DNA from: Macrostomum lignano
Lineage: Eukaryota
Direction of reading: 5' to 3'
NCBI GenBank assembly: GCA_002269645.1
Contig: NIVC01003669.1
Span: 1 to 64,000 of the forward strand
DNA length: 64,000 bases
The notes under the pieces: model-generated
What the model saw: the letters and a program-made list of their open reading frames with translations, nothing else
What the model was told of the DNA's origin: nothing
The model's database searches: none
Made by a program: the position numbers and the translations under genes
In this document: one piece after another, positions 34,600-47,873 of the stretch
How positions within the stretch are numbered: position 1 is the first letter of the stretch
How the letters are laid out: each line of letters begins with the position of its first letter

Positions 34600-35105
34600 C
34601 CTAGGAACTCACTAGATTTCCCTAGGAACACACTAGATTTCCAAAGCAACTCACTAGATTTTCTTAGCAACACACAAAATTTCCCTAGCAACTCACTAGA
34701 TTTCCCTAGCAACGCACTATAGTGCCCTAGCAACGCACTAGATGGCCCTAGCAACGAACTAGATTTCCCTAGCAACGCACTAGATTTCCCTAGCAATGCA
34801 CAAGATTTCCCAGGAACACACTAGATTTCCCTAGCAACACACTAAATTTTCTAGCAACACACTAGATTTCCCAGAAACACACTAGATTTCCTTAGCAACA
34901 CACTATAGTCCCCTAGCAGCGCACTAGATGGCCTTAGCAACGAATTAGATTTCCCTAGCAACGAACTAGATTTCCCTAGCAACATACTAGATTTCCCTAG
35001 CAACGCACTAGATTTCCCTAGCAACACACTAGATTTCCCTAGTAACGCACTAGATTTCCCTAGCAACGCACTAGACTTCCCTAGCAACTCACTAGTTTTC
35101 CCTAG
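34600..35105. repeat. Intronic minisatellite, 21-bp unit ACTAGATTTCCCTAGCAACGC
   Basis: Direct reading. Confidence 0.94.
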
Positions 35106-35117
35106 CAAACCACTCAC

Positions 35118-35452
35118 CCGCTAGTCCTGAGGAAGAACTTGGCCTCCCGATTGCCCACATTGCGCACCAGCAGGCTCCGCTCAGTCTTGTACTTCACCGG
35201 ACAGGTGTCAAAGTTCACGCTGTCCGGGAAGTCGAGAATCGCCCTGGCGCCGACGCAGCGCACTGGTACAACGAATTTCTCGCGCTCCGTGATGCACATG
35301 AGCTCGTGAGTGTAGTCCTTCTTCTCGTCCGGTATGAACTGAATGAGGAAGGTCAAGGCCAGGCCCGGGGCGCACTTCTCGCCCACGTTGTTGGGGCTGA
35401 TGATTTTGAAGTAGGGCGAGTCGGCCTGGACTACTTTCACCAGACGGGGCAC
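35118..35452 (-). CDS. HYDIN: Hydin exon 4 (VPRLVKVV...TEREKFVVP...FFLRTS)
   Basis: ORF match, GTGAGT donor, phase 0->2. Confidence 0.93.
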
Positions 35453-35499
35453 CTGGGGGAAATGGAAAACGGATGGGGGGATTGTTTGCTTTGTGTTGT

Positions 35500-36360
35500 T
35501 GGTTTTAGTGGTGCCGTTTTGTGTTGTTATTGTTGTTAGTGGTGCCGTTTTGTGTTGTCATTGTTGTTAGTGGTGCCGTTTTGTGTTGTTATTGTTGTTA
35601 GTGGTGCTGTTTTGTGTTGTTATTGTTGTTAGTGGTGCCGTTTTGTGTTGTTATTGTTGTTAGTGGTGCTGTTTTGTGTTGTTATTGTTGTTAGTGGTGC
35701 TGTTTTGTGTTGTTATTGTTGTTAGTAGTGCCGTTTTGTGTTGTTATTGTTGTTAGTGGTGCTGTTTTGTGTTGTTATTGCTGTTAGTGGAGCCGTTTGT
35801 TGTTATTTTTGTTAGTGGAGCCGATTGTGTTGTTACTGTTGTTAGTGGTGCTGCTTTGTGTTGTTATTGTTGTTAGTAGTGCCGTTTTGTGTTGTTATTG
35901 TTGTTAGTAGTGCTGTTTTGTGTTGTTATTGTTGTTAGTGGTGCTGTTTTGTGTTGTTATTGTTGTTAGTGGTGCTGTTTTGTGTTGTTATTGCTGTTAG
36001 TGGAGCCGTTTGTTGTTATTTTTGTTAGTGGAGCCGATTGTGTTGTTACTGTTGTTAGTGGTGCTGCCTTGTGTTGTTATTGTTGTTAGTGGAGCCGATT
36101 GTGTTGTTACTGTTGTTAGTGGTGCTGCTTTGTGTTGTTATTGTTGTTAGTAGTGCCGTTTTGTGTTGTTATTGTTGTTAGTGGTGCTGTTTTGTGTTGT
36201 TATTGTTGTTAGTGGTGCTGTTTTGTGTTGTTATTGTTGTTAGTGGTGCTGTTTTGTGTTGTTATTGTTGTTAGTGGAGCCGTTTGTTGTTATTTTTGTT
36301 AGTGGAGCCGATTGTGTTGTTACTGTTGTTAGTGGTGCTGCTTTGTGTTGCTATTAGTGT
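35500..36360. repeat. Intronic minisatellite, 31-bp unit GTTGTTATTGTTGTTAGTGGTGCTGTTTTGT
   Basis: Direct reading. Confidence 0.95.
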
Positions 36361-36427
36361 TAGTTCTGCATTGGGTGCATTCCCAAATTATGTTTAAAAA
36401 ATCAGTTAGATATAAAAAGTCGCGAAC

Positions 36428-36547
36428 CTTGTCATTATTTCTGAGCAGCAGAGGCAGCTCGTGAGCAATATTGGGCTCATAGTTGACGAATACCAGCTCA
36501 GACGGGTAGGGCTGGAAGATCGGCTCCTCGATGTCCACTTGAGAGAA
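36428..36547 (-). CDS. HYDIN: Hydin exon 3 (FSQVDIEEPIFQPYPSE...LRNNDK)
   Basis: CAG/GT boundaries, 120 nt, conserved FQP(Y/F)PSE and LRNNDK. Confidence 0.92.
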
Positions 36548-36944
36548 CTGAAGCAGAAATTATGCATTGAACTTTCATTGATTAGTTTTTACTGCAATTT
36601 TCGCACTGCTACATAGACACGGATACGGGACAGAGTTTCCACCAATTTAGAACAATTTCAGACAAGCGGACTACGAAATATTGCATTGAAGCAATGCTTC
36701 CAGGCAATTTAATAAAACAAAAAATCAAAAGAGAATCGTGCGGATTTTTGCTTTTGAAAAATAGTGAATCGTGTGCAAAATTAATTTATATATAATAAAT
36801 ATCTGTGGCTTGCGGTGATTTACCTTTCGGTGTGCAGAAATTATTAATAATATGTGACGATAGTTTTGCAATAGAGATTTTATATAACTGCTTTGCAATT
36901 TAAGTCTAAAAGGGGACAACCCTTTAAGGGGAGTAGACACCCCA

Positions 36945-37100
36945 TCTGAACGTGGACACCCTCACCTGGAAGTGGACACCCTCACCTGGAAGTGGACAGC
37001 CTCACCTGGAAGTGGACACCCTCACCTGGAAGTGGACACCCTCACCTGGAAGTGGACACCCTCACCTGGAAGCGGACACCCTCACCTGGAAGTGGACACC
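36945..37100. repeat. Intronic minisatellite, 20-bp unit ACCTGGAAGTGGACACCCTC
   Basis: About 7 copies. Confidence 0.93.
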
Positions 37101-37823
37101 CTCACCTGGAAGTGGACGCCCCATCGACTATCAAATAAAAGCAGCAGAAAATCAGAAACAAGAGCGGCAAGCAATTTGAAAACAACTGAAAAAGCAACAC
37201 AAATTTTTGCTGGGCTACAATTATTCTTTTTCAAATTTAATTCGTACATTCTCGTCGAAGTAAATTATTTTCGGCTTGTTTCGCTCCTGGAAGAGAATTA
37301 AACACGACAGATTGACAGGTGACGTTCTGCTAATACAAATAGAGCATTCTGGAGCCTTCTGCTCCTTGTGCTCCCTGTGAGCTTCTAAGCTACATCATGT
37401 GAGACAAAGTTGGTTTTCAACTAAAAATTCTAACTATAGCTAAACTAAAAGACTGACTTTTTAAGTCTAAAATTGACTTAAACATTTAAAGTACAAAACA
37501 TTTATTGATCTGGTGAAGACTTGATCTACTCTACAGTGTGATTAGGAGTTTTACATTTAGCGTAAAAAATTCTAAATGTTTTACTCGTATGTAAGACTAT
37601 TATTTATTTTTGTTTAAAAATATCTGTTTAACTTCTAGAATAATAATTCAATGTATTGTTTCTAAAAAGCAAAGTAAATTATTCAAAAGTTTTTATCAGA
37701 AACTTCTATAAAATACACGAATACAATTTCATAATTTGAGCTCATTAGTCATTACCACAGCTAATGACAACCTATAAAAGTATATATTTGTTCCTAATGA
37801 AATCAAATCGAAAGCTGGCTCAC

Positions 37824-37949
37824 CCTCTGATGCGTTGTCTCGCCCATGTCCAACAGGTTCAGCTTCTTTGGCAGCTGCATGTTGTGCGTATTGGCAAGCT
37901 TCTTTTCCGTGGTCAATGACATTTGGAACATGTATTGTGACGGGGTCAT
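37824..37949 (-). CDS. HYDIN: Hydin exon 2 (MTPSQYMFQMSLTTEKKLANT...LLDMGETTHQR)
   Basis: Not in the ORF track; translated by hand. TAG acceptor, GTGAGC donor, 126 nt. Matches Hydin MSLTTEQRLA...LLDMGETTHQK. Confidence 0.9.
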
Positions 37950-38134
37950 CTAAGGGTAGGTGAGTTTTGATATTATTATATAAGCAAATACTTTTTAAAC
38001 AATAAATAAACCCACAAAAATGACTTATAAGCATACAGCTTTTATTTAGAAAAAAATCAAAACAGGTTAATAAAACTGAAAATGAAAAAAACAATAACAA
38101 ATAAATTGCCATGGTTTTCATAAATCAAACTCAC

Positions 38135-38275
38135 CTTAAATGGTGGCGGATCTTCCCGAAGCAGCTTTGGGTTGCGCGGCGCCACAACATGACTCTCATA
38201 ATTGCGCGCATCTGGGTCCAGCAAGTCTAGGGTACCGGTGGTGCCCAGAACTTGACCAAAGGGTCCCAGCGGCAT
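38135..38275 (-). CDS. HYDIN: Hydin coding exon 1 (MPLGPFGQ...VVAPRNPKLLREDPPPFK)
   Basis: ATG at 38275 in aaaaATG, GTGAGT donor, phase 0. Resembles Hydin N-terminal FQSKVLPPLSPK. Confidence 0.8.
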
Positions 38276-39974
38276 TTTTCTGTACAATAATTTAGTAGAT
38301 ATTATGACATTAAATTTTTTTGTTGATGCCAGAAATTTTATGCCTACAAACCATGTTACTTAAACTAAAATTATTACAAGCATGCATACATAATTTATTT
38401 GTCTATTTTTAGACAAAAATACTTAAAATTCAAAAATAAAGAATTTCAATTCCAACTTTGTTTTATAATTGTAATTTAACTTTTCCAATAATCTTTGAAT
38501 TGTAAATTATAATACATTCATATAATAATTGTATATATTGCAAACAAAATTAAGGATTATTTTAACAACAAAATAAAATAGCTAACCCCTTAATAATTTT
38601 GATGCTATATGATAAAAATCACATCAGTAAATACTTCTTTCTTCTAGGGTACAATGCACTCTGAATGTAAATTTTTGAAAGCAATTTAAAGTTCACACTG
38701 ATAACACTACCACAAATCAGGGCTTCAACACTAGTCAGCCAACGAATATTGATACTATCAAGCCTGAGAGTTTAAAATAATTTACCTTTTTTCAGCAGAA
38801 GTATTTCAATATTCTTTCCTAGTCATAAAACAGACTCAGAAAGAAAGTCTTTGCCTCGATCGATGAAAACAATTTGTGAAATTAGCATTAAGCATTCTAG
38901 ATTTTAAACATTAAAAATATTTTGTTGCTAATGCACGATATGTATCTATAAATGCTACATGTTTATTTTGATATTTATAATTCAAAAACCAAAAATAGTT
39001 CGATTGCATTTAAAAATTTATTAGGTTTAGAATCTAAACTAAGTTTTTACTGCATTCTTTGTTAAAACAGTTAACAGTATATTTTCCGGTATAACTTTAG
39101 TGTCTTCGGTTAACAACAGTCGAAAATTCCGTAAAAAGTGAAGCAGTTTGTCTGTTATCATTCTCACGGTTCTCAGCATTTTTTGTATCAGTCACAGTTT
39201 ATCATAGTTTTTCTAATCATACACGTGTAAGTGCCATGAATTTCACAAATACGGATAATGGGCCACAATCTGACTACAGTTGCTGTCATGCATGTAGTGA
39301 TGATCAATAGTAGTTTTTACATGTAGATCTGTAGATCTGTATGCATGTAGATTAACTGATTTAGTCCCGGAATAAATAAAAATTGAATAAAACAAACCAG
39401 AGCTTAATTTAAAAAAAGATTTCAAAATCACAAAATTATCGTATTGTCAATTAAGGAATTTACAGGTATACGAGTATTCTATGCATTACACTGTATTTTA
39501 CATATTATAACATAACTAAAAATATCAGGTGATTTTAACTAGGAAATCAATCATGACAATGACTGCAAAGACAAGTGGGAAGCGCACGCAACAGTACGTC
39601 TTAGCAAAGTTATGGCAAGGATAGGGTCAAATAGGAAAATACTCATATGACGACATATTGATTTAATTTCGAGTTGCAATAAGCAATACTTTGGAAGCTG
39701 ACAGATTCGATAGGAAAATTGAAAACAAAGGATTGCAAAACAGTTCACATGGCACGCATTAAAATCTAATGTTATTTATATTAAATTCGAATAAAAACTT
39801 AATACCAAATACTAAAATCTAGAATTTATTCTTTATTCTTTATTCTTGGCATAGAAACCACCCGAGCTTAAACAACAGGCTGGGCCATAGACACTTGAGC
39901 TCAGGCCTGCACCCAGCACCTGTCCCGGCCCCAACACCTGCACTGGACAACAGGCTGGGCCATAGACACTGAGC

Positions 39975-40624
39975 TCAGGCCTGCACCCAACACCTGTCCC
40001 AATAGTCTTTCAATCTATTGGCGTCGTTAGCGCAGAACCGCCTGAAATCGGCCAGCAGGCAGTCCTGGAAGTGCTCATCGCCAGTCCAGCTGCTCCGCCA
40101 TCGCCTAGTGAGAATGTGATTCCAGGACCAGATGAAACCCACTGGCACGCCCTCCACTCGAGCCAGATTGGTCCCGGCCGGACCTGCGGTGGCCTGCTGC
40201 AGGAAGCGCCTGGACTTGTCAATCAAAGTTCCGTAGCGCCTTGGCACGAGGCGCTGACTGGCGCACGGCAGCATGACCATCATGCCGGCTGTGCAGTGGA
40301 TCCACACCGGGCACATGTCCTTGACCCCGGCGCAGTCGGGCACGAAGCCGAACCTGCGCAGCAGGCAGGCCATCAACAGTTGCAGGCGCTGCGGCCGCTC
40401 GTTAGGCAGGAAGCGCTGGAACATCTGGTCGACGATGTCGGGCAGGTCGGGCCGGATGACCAGCGCCTGCAGGCGGAGCGGCACGAAGAGGCTGCCGCGC
40501 AGCGGGTCGGCGCCTGCCGGGTCCTCCGGCTCCACGTGCGGCATGGGGAACAGGTCACAGGGGATCGGCAGCAGGTGGAAGCCGAACGAATGCGCCTTGG
40601 TGTGGTAGGAGCTGATCAGGTCGC
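39975..40624 (-). CDS. DEPDC5: DEPDC5 exon 11 (CTD: DPLRG.LFVPL, RFGFV, WRSS.TGDE.F.D.LL.DF..FC.N..NRL)
   Basis: Diagnostic C-terminus; TGA at 39975-39977. Confidence 0.93.
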
Positions 40625-40659
40625 CTGCGGTGGTGTGGGGGGACTGGCATTGATAGATT

Positions 40660-41651
<992 letters not shown>

Positions 41652-42082
41652 TGACAAGAAAAGACACCGAGGTATTTTTTTAAGTTAAAAAAGAATAACT
41701 CTTAGTAAATAATTAGCAACTACTAGCTAGTAGTACAGGTAGGAAAACAAACTCATGCATAGCTAAAAGTGAGCAAGCAGCCTTTACAAGCGAGATGAAG
41801 TAGACAGGCGAACTGTTAGTTAACAGCACTTGGCGCAGAGCTACATGGGTGTCAGAATAAATTTACCTAGCAGTGTTTCTGCCTTAGAACCCCAGAACCC
41901 ACTTCGGAGCGCATCTCTCCCCCCACCCGCTCTAGCGACAGTCTCTACTCCGTTAAGTCTCGCCAAACTGGGTCGACAAACTATTTTAAGATCTCTCTCT
42001 CTCTCCTTCTACGGGCTCGCATTGTTAAAAAATTTCGGGGCACGCAGCCACAACTAGCGGCACTCATTATTGTTCAAGTACA

Positions 42083-42201
<119 letters not shown>

Positions 42202-42205
42202 TAAC

Positions 42206-42237
42206 GGGCGGGCAAAGCCTCCGAAGTCTGATTGGCT
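42206..42237 (+). promoter_or_regulatory. Possible proximal promoter of the ankyrin gene: GC box (GGGCGGGC) and reverse CCAAT box, downstream of a long (GA)n tract
   Basis: Motifs are seen 120-150 bp upstream of the ATG; function is inferred. Confidence 0.25.
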
Positions 42238-42353
42238 AACAACGGTAGCAACAGCAGAGAAGACAAAGGCTACTCACTCAGGCATTATAAGCTCAAACAG
42301 AAGAGCCACACGGTAGGAAAGATACAAGCACAGAAACAGACTGTTTTGACCCA

Positions 42354-43265
42354 ATGGAGACAGCGGCAGAAGCGCTGAAGCGGAATCTCAAGGTGGCTCT
42401 GGAGACTGCAGACAGTGAAGAGCTGCTGCACCTGAGCTCTCGAGTCAAAAGCAACATAGACCTGACCGTGGGCGGCTACAAAGACTATCGGGATGAATAC
42501 TGGCACCAATCGCTGGTCCATCACGTGACCTGCAAGCCGGTGAGCCAATCGTGCCTGGAGCTGCTGATTGACAGGCTCGGGCCCGACTGTCTGACCAGCA
42601 AAAACCAATGGGGCGACACTCCGGTGTACTACATTGCCAGGCACCAGGACGACTCCTGGATGAAGCTGGTTAAACGGAGGTGCAGCAGGAACTGCTTGAG
42701 AAGCACCGACAGATGGGGCTGGACAGTGGCTCACTTTGCTGCTACTAACGAAAGAAACAATTCTTGCCTGAAATGGCTGGCTAAAGAGCTCGGAGCGCAG
42801 TGCCTGACAGTTGCAAATCTATTTGGCAACACGGCCGTCCATTTCGCTGCTCAGCATCAGGGCATCGAGTCTCTGGATTGGATTAGCAAACAGATTGGCA
42901 CCAGCTGCTTCCACACCACAGGCGGCAGCAGCGATGGGACTGTAGTTCACATTGCAGCCGAGAGACCGGACAACTCAATGCTCAAATGGCTGGTGAGTAA
43001 GCTGGGCAGGAGCTGCCTGACTGTGCCCGATGCCAACGGTGACACGGCTGTACACCTGGCCGGCAGACACCAGCCAGTGGACTCGCTGCAGTTCATGTAC
43101 AACCAGCTCGGAGAGGAACTGTTCAAGTTAAAGAACAATGACGGCGAGACACTGGCAGACATTGTTGACAACCATTGCAAGCAGGGTCGGGCAGCAAAGC
43201 TGGGCTGGATCCATGGCACCTATCTGATGCTTGAAGAGAAAGCTCTGCTAGCCATGGACAACTGA
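42354..43265 (+). CDS. Intronless ankyrin-repeat protein (303 aa, about 5-6 repeats), nested antisense in DEPDC5 intron 10
   Basis: Repeats of about 35 aa with G.T.(V/A)H.AA motifs (GDTPVY, GWTVAHFAA, GNTAVHFAA, GTVVHIAA, GDTAVHLAG, GETL). Intact ORF with exon-like composition. Confidence 0.85.
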   Translation: METAAEALKRNLKVALETADSEELLHLSSRVKSNIDLTVGGYKDYRDEYWHQSLVHHVTCKPVSQSCLELLIDRLGPDCLTSKNQWGDTPVYYIARHQDDSWMKLVKRRCSRNCLRSTDRWGWTVAHFAATNERNNSCLKWLAKELGAQCLTVANLFGNTAVHFAAQHQGIESLDWISKQIGTSCFHTTGGSSDGTVVHIAAERPDNSMLKWLVSKLGRSCLTVPDANGDTAVHLAGRHQPVDSLQFMYNQLGEELFKLKNNDGETLADIVDNHCKQGRAAKLGWIHGTYLMLEEKALLAMDN

Positions 43266-43593
43266 GCCAAAGACAACTGAAGCCAGATTGGAGATCGAAC
43301 AAAACTTCAACTGGCGCGATTCGTTGAAAGAAAAAAGTTATTTTTAATACTTTTATTACTTGACTAATAAGCGCAACTCCGCTCTCTTTATTTGTTATTA
43401 TAAATGTATATTTCTATTGCTTTTTTTACAAAATTATTTTTTATTGGCTGAATTAAAACCGAAGAAGAGCTGGACATCCTGGCCTGATGTATAATAAAAC
43501 GAATTAACTGAAAAGCAAGCAAATGCTCCCTGTATTTATTTGATCCAAAGATTTCTACAATTTGTGCATATCGGAGAAATATTTCGCATCTCA

Positions 43594-43620
43594 CAGACAG
43601 ACACACAGACAGACAGACAC

Positions 43621-43655
<35 letters not shown>

Positions 43656-43674
43656 CAGACAGACAGACAGACAC

Positions 43675-43737
<63 letters not shown>

Positions 43738-43760
43738 CAGACAGACAGACACACAGACAC

Positions 43761-43815
<55 letters not shown>

Positions 43816-43862
43816 CACAGACAGACAGACAGACAGACACACAGACAGACAGACAGACAGAC

Positions 43863-43893
<31 letters not shown>

Positions 43894-43894
43894 C

Positions 43895-43945
<51 letters not shown>

Positions 43946-44058
43946 CTAAGACACTAAGACAGACAGACAGACAGACACACAGACAGACAGACAAACAGAC
44001 AGACAAACAGACACAGACAGACACAGACAGACAGACAGACAGACACTAAGACAGACAC

Positions 44059-44093
<35 letters not shown>

Positions 44094-44142
44094 CTAAGAC
44101 AGACACACAGACAGACAGACAGACACACAGACAGACAGACAC

Positions 44143-44177
<35 letters not shown>

Positions 44178-44178
44178 C

Positions 44179-44209
<31 letters not shown>

Positions 44210-44218
44210 CAGACAGAC

Positions 44219-44265
<47 letters not shown>

Positions 44266-44282
44266 CACAGACAGACAGACAC

Positions 44283-44313
<31 letters not shown>

Positions 44314-44388
44314 CAGACAGACACAGACAGATACAGACAGACAGACAGACAGACAGACACACAGACAGACAGACAGGCAGACAGACAC

Positions 44389-44419
<31 letters not shown>

Positions 44420-44460
44420 GGCAGACAGACACACAGACAGACAGACAGACACACAGACAG
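43594..44460. repeat. (GACA)n compound microsatellite
   Basis: Same orientation and variants as 40660-41651. Confidence 0.97.
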
Positions 44461-44471
44461 AAAGTGCTCAC

Positions 44472-44817
44472 CCAGCAGGGTGCCGGTGGCCACCAGCCAG
44501 TGCAGCTCCAGCTGGTAGGCGCAGTTGGCCTCAAAGTTGGCATGGTACTTGGTGAGGCCCCACTCAGCCCGCCGGCTGTCGGTCTGGCTGACGTCCATAA
44601 TGTTGGTGCGGAAGCTGCCCCCGGGCGCCACGTACTTGGAGCTGAAGTAGTCATCGTCGCCGGCCTCGCGCATCGGCACCAGCTCGCGCAGGAAGGCGGC
44701 CACCGGGTCGGCCAGCTCCTGCGGATCCGGCAGCGTCTCAAGGCCGACCTCGGCCCACTCTAGCTCGAAATCGCGAGTAAACGGGCCGGGTGTGATGAGG
44801 CCAGAGCTGGGGTTCGA
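44472..44817 (-). CDS. DEPDC5: DEPDC5 exon 10 (FELEWAEV...[24 protein letters not shown])
   Basis: CTD motifs. CCGCAG acceptor after a pyrimidine tract, GTGAGC donor. Confidence 0.9.
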
Positions 44818-44869
44818 CTGCGGACCGGGGGAGGGGGAAGGAAGCTGCTTAATTACCTTTGGTTGAGTA

Positions 44870-45712
44870 GTGAGACTTGAGTAGCTGGACTCAAGTAGCC
44901 GGACAATATTGAGCAGCGAGACTTGAGCCGTGGGACTTGAGCAATAGGATTTGAGCAGTGGGACTTAAGCAGCAGGACTTTGAGCATCGGAACTTGAACA
45001 TCGGGACTTGAGCAGCGGGACTTGAGCAGCGGGACTTGAGCATCGGGACTTGAACACTGGGACTTGAGCATCGGGACTTGAACAACGGGACTTGAGCATC
45101 GGGACTTGAGCATCGGGACTTGAGCATCAGAACTTTGAGCATCGGGACTTGAGCATCAGGACTTTGAGCATCGGGACTTGAACAGCGGGACTTGAGCAGC
45201 GGGACTTGAGCATCGGGACTTGAGCATCAGGACTTGAGCACCGGGACTTGAGCATCAGGACTTTGAGCATCGGGACTTAAGCAGCAGGACTTTGAGCATC
45301 GGAACTTGAACATCGGGACTTGAGCAGCGGGACTTGAGCAGCGGGACTTGAGCATCGGGACTTGAACACCGGGACTTGAGCATCGGGACTTGAACACCGG
45401 GACTTGAGCATCGGGACTTGAGCATCGGGACTTGAGCATCAGGACTTGAGCACCGGGACTTGAGCATCAGGACTTTGAGCATCGGGACTTGAGCATCAGG
45501 ACTTTGAGCATCGGGACTTGAACAGCGGGACTTGAGCAGCGGGACTTGAGCAGCGGGACTTGAGCATCGGGACTTGAGCAGCGGGACTTGAGCAGCGGGA
45601 CTTGAGCATCGGGACTTGAGCATCGGGACTCGAGCATCGGGACTTGAGCAGCGGGACTTGAGCATCGGGACTTGAGCATCGGGACTTGAGCAGCGGGACT
45701 TGAGCATCGGGA
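44870..45712. repeat. Intronic minisatellite, 14-bp unit GGGACTTGAGCATC
   Basis: Direct reading. Confidence 0.95.
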
Positions 45713-45739
45713 CTAAACTGGAAAGCATTCTCAGCTCAC

Positions 45740-46113
45740 CACAAGCTTCGGATCCATGGAGTACAGATAAAAGCCATAGACAAACTGCTGCGGCTGCGTC
45801 TTGGCCGAGGCGTGCACAACCAGGCCCTCCTTGACCATGGTGGCCATGAAGAAGCAGGCGCTCTCGTGGCTGCTGACGTTCTCCACCCTGTCCATCACCC
45901 AGGCGACGGCCTCGGCCGACACGAACGTGTAGCTGGGAAACCCGTGCGTAGGCAGGAAGTTCAGCCCCGTGCCGGGCTCCTGCATCGCTCGGGCGGCTTC
46001 AATAAATCGAGTAGAGCCGTGCAGTCGGCGACTTGCGGCCACCGAGGACGAGATGCTGGAATCGTCGCCCAGCTGCTGCTGCTGCTGCTGCAACGGTGTG
46101 GGCGTCAGGTGGC
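45740..46113 (-). CDS. DEPDC5: DEPDC5 exon 9 (DEP domain: TFVSAEAVAWV...FVYGFYLY)
   Basis: DEP-domain pattern; phase 1->0. Confidence 0.88.
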
Positions 46114-46154
46114 CTGAAGGGGGATTGGGAAGAGTCATTAGGTAGGGCAGTTGG

Positions 46155-46220
46155 AATTGGTCACTGAATTGGTCACTGAAATTACAGCTAAATTGGTCAC
46201 TGAAATTACAGCTAAATTTT
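46155..46220. repeat. Two-copy 24-bp intronic repeat AATTGGTCACTGAAATTACAGCTA
   Basis: Copies at 46167 and 46191, plus partial copies. Confidence 0.85.
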
Positions 46221-46247
46221 TCAGTGAAATGGCCAATGGAGACTAAC

Positions 46248-46605
46248 CAGATCGAATTGTCCCAACCCCGACGCCGACTGAGACGGTGTCGGCGCGCTGT
46301 CGCATATCGGCAAGTTCGGCGGCAGCCTGCGGCGGCATCAGGTTGGCCCGGGTGACCTTTCTAGCAGTCAGATTTGGCCGGCGCAAGCGATTAAACAGTT
46401 CCGCGTATCTGGCAAAGTTCTCGTGCAACTTTTTCAATTCTTCGAAGCCTTTCTGTTCGTAGATGTCCGTGCGAGGCAGGGACTGGCCGGCGGAGTCGGC
46501 CAGCTGTTCAATGATTCGCTTCGTGGCCGGGTTGTTGTACGGCAGTAGCACGTAGCGGCATCGCCAGGGCTTCAATAACGGGTCCAACTCTTGGATAGAG
46601 GCTGT
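46248..46605 (-). CDS. DEPDC5: DEPDC5 exon 8 (LKPWRCRYVLLP...ATKRI...)
   Basis: Matches LKFWRTRFLLLP..ATKRI; phase 0->1. Confidence 0.88.
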
Positions 46606-46629
46606 CTGCAATTTGGCGAAGCAAAGAGC

Positions 46630-46990
46630 GAGTGTACAATGGGGTGGTGGTGCTGGGGCAGAGAGGGAGCGAGTGGACATTGGGGATTGGGGTGGTGGTG
46701 CTGGGGTAGAGAGGGAGCGAGTGTACATTTGGGGTGGTGGTGCTGGGGTAGAGAGGGAGCGAGTGTACATTGGGGAGGGTGGTGCTGGGGCAGAGAAGGA
46801 GCGAGTGTACATTTGAATAGTGGCGCTGGGGCAGAGAGGGAGAGAGTGTACATTGGGATGTTTGTGTTGGGGCAGAGAGGGAGCGAGTGTACATTGGGAT
46901 GTTTGTGTTGGGGCAGAGAGGGAGCGAGTGTACATTGGGGATTGGGGTGGTGGTGCAGGGTTAGAAAGGCAGGAGTGTACATTGGGGTGG
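46630..46990. repeat. Intronic minisatellite, about 40-bp unit ...GGGGCAGAGAGGGAGCGAGTGTACATT
   Basis: Direct reading. Confidence 0.9.
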
Positions 46991-47000
46991 GTACACTTAC

Positions 47001-47489
47001 ACTACACTTGTAGCCATAGTTGCCGTGACCCCGCTCCAGTATGTGATAGTCCAAATGATTCCATTTGTAATTCTCAATCCGTTCCAGAGTGAAATGGCAT
47101 TCAGCCCGGTAGAACTCCAGCGAGTCCGGCACCTGCAGCCGGTACAGGTGACGATAGCGGATGTCCCGTTCGGTGAATTTGGACTTTAGCGTGTGCACGA
47201 ATATGGTGTGCTGACTGGCACTGGTTCGCTCCAGCCGGATTCGATGGAAAATTCTTCCAATGCTCAGCCGGTGCTCTGGGTAGTCCGGCTTCTGTAGCAG
47301 ATTCTTCAGGTGGGCCCGGCCTGCCGCGCTGCTGGCAGCGGTGGCGGCGGAGGTCACGGCCGAAGCGGTGGGGCTGGCCGGAGCCGCTGGCGGTACAGTT
47401 AGGGAGGAGCGAACCCGGGACGAAGCCGGCGGTGGGAGCACCAGCTGGAAGCCCTGACCAAGGCGCTGCATCAGTAGCTCTTCGAATGC
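47001..47489 (-). CDS. DEPDC5: DEPDC5 exon 7 (FEELLMQRLGQGFQLV...LSIGRIFHRI...YKWNHLD)
   Basis: SHEN motifs; GTAAGT donor. Confidence 0.9.
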
Positions 47490-47514
47490 CTACGGTTGAA
47501 GATGATTTTTAATT

Positions 47515-47850
47515 GAATGTCGTTTCGATACATATCGGCCAGATACTAAAAGGGGATTAACTTGTTTTTTTCGATACATATCGGCTAAATACTAAAAAAG
47601 AATAACTTTTTTATCGATACACATCGGCCAGATACTAAAAGAGGATTAACTTGTTATTTCGATACATATCGGCTAAATACTAAAAGGGAATTAACTTTTT
47701 TCGATACATATCGGCTAAATACTAAAAGGGAATAATCTAGTCATTTTTCTAGTCACATATCGGCCAGATACTGAAGGGGAATTAACTTATTATTTCGATA
47801 CATATCGGCTAGACACTAAACAGAAATAAGCCTTTTTTCGATACATATCG
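47515..47850. repeat. Intronic tandem repeat, about 60-bp unit TCGATACATATCGGCTAAATACTAAAAGGG...
   Basis: About 6 copies. Confidence 0.88.
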
Positions 47851-47873
47851 GTCAAGCAAAAAAGCTTTACTAC

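Larger units (their letters stand above)
1..38275 (-). other. HYDIN: HYDIN gene span (axonemal central-pair protein), 5' part; continues beyond the left edge
   Basis: Colinear exons match Hydin motifs from the N-terminus (LLDMGETTHQ, FQPYPSE, LRNNDK) through the ASH/Ig-like repeats, the P-loop GAPLSGKS and coiled coil, to HFGDC...VPNL. Phases are continuous except around exons 15-16. Confidence 0.95.

Noticed and set aside
38104-39690. RFX X-box-like strings near the HYDIN start (ATTGCCATGGTTTT at about 38105; GTTGCAATAAGCAAT at about 39673)
   Set aside because: Only half-sites or wrong spacing in AT-rich DNA; not distinguishable from chance without conservation data.
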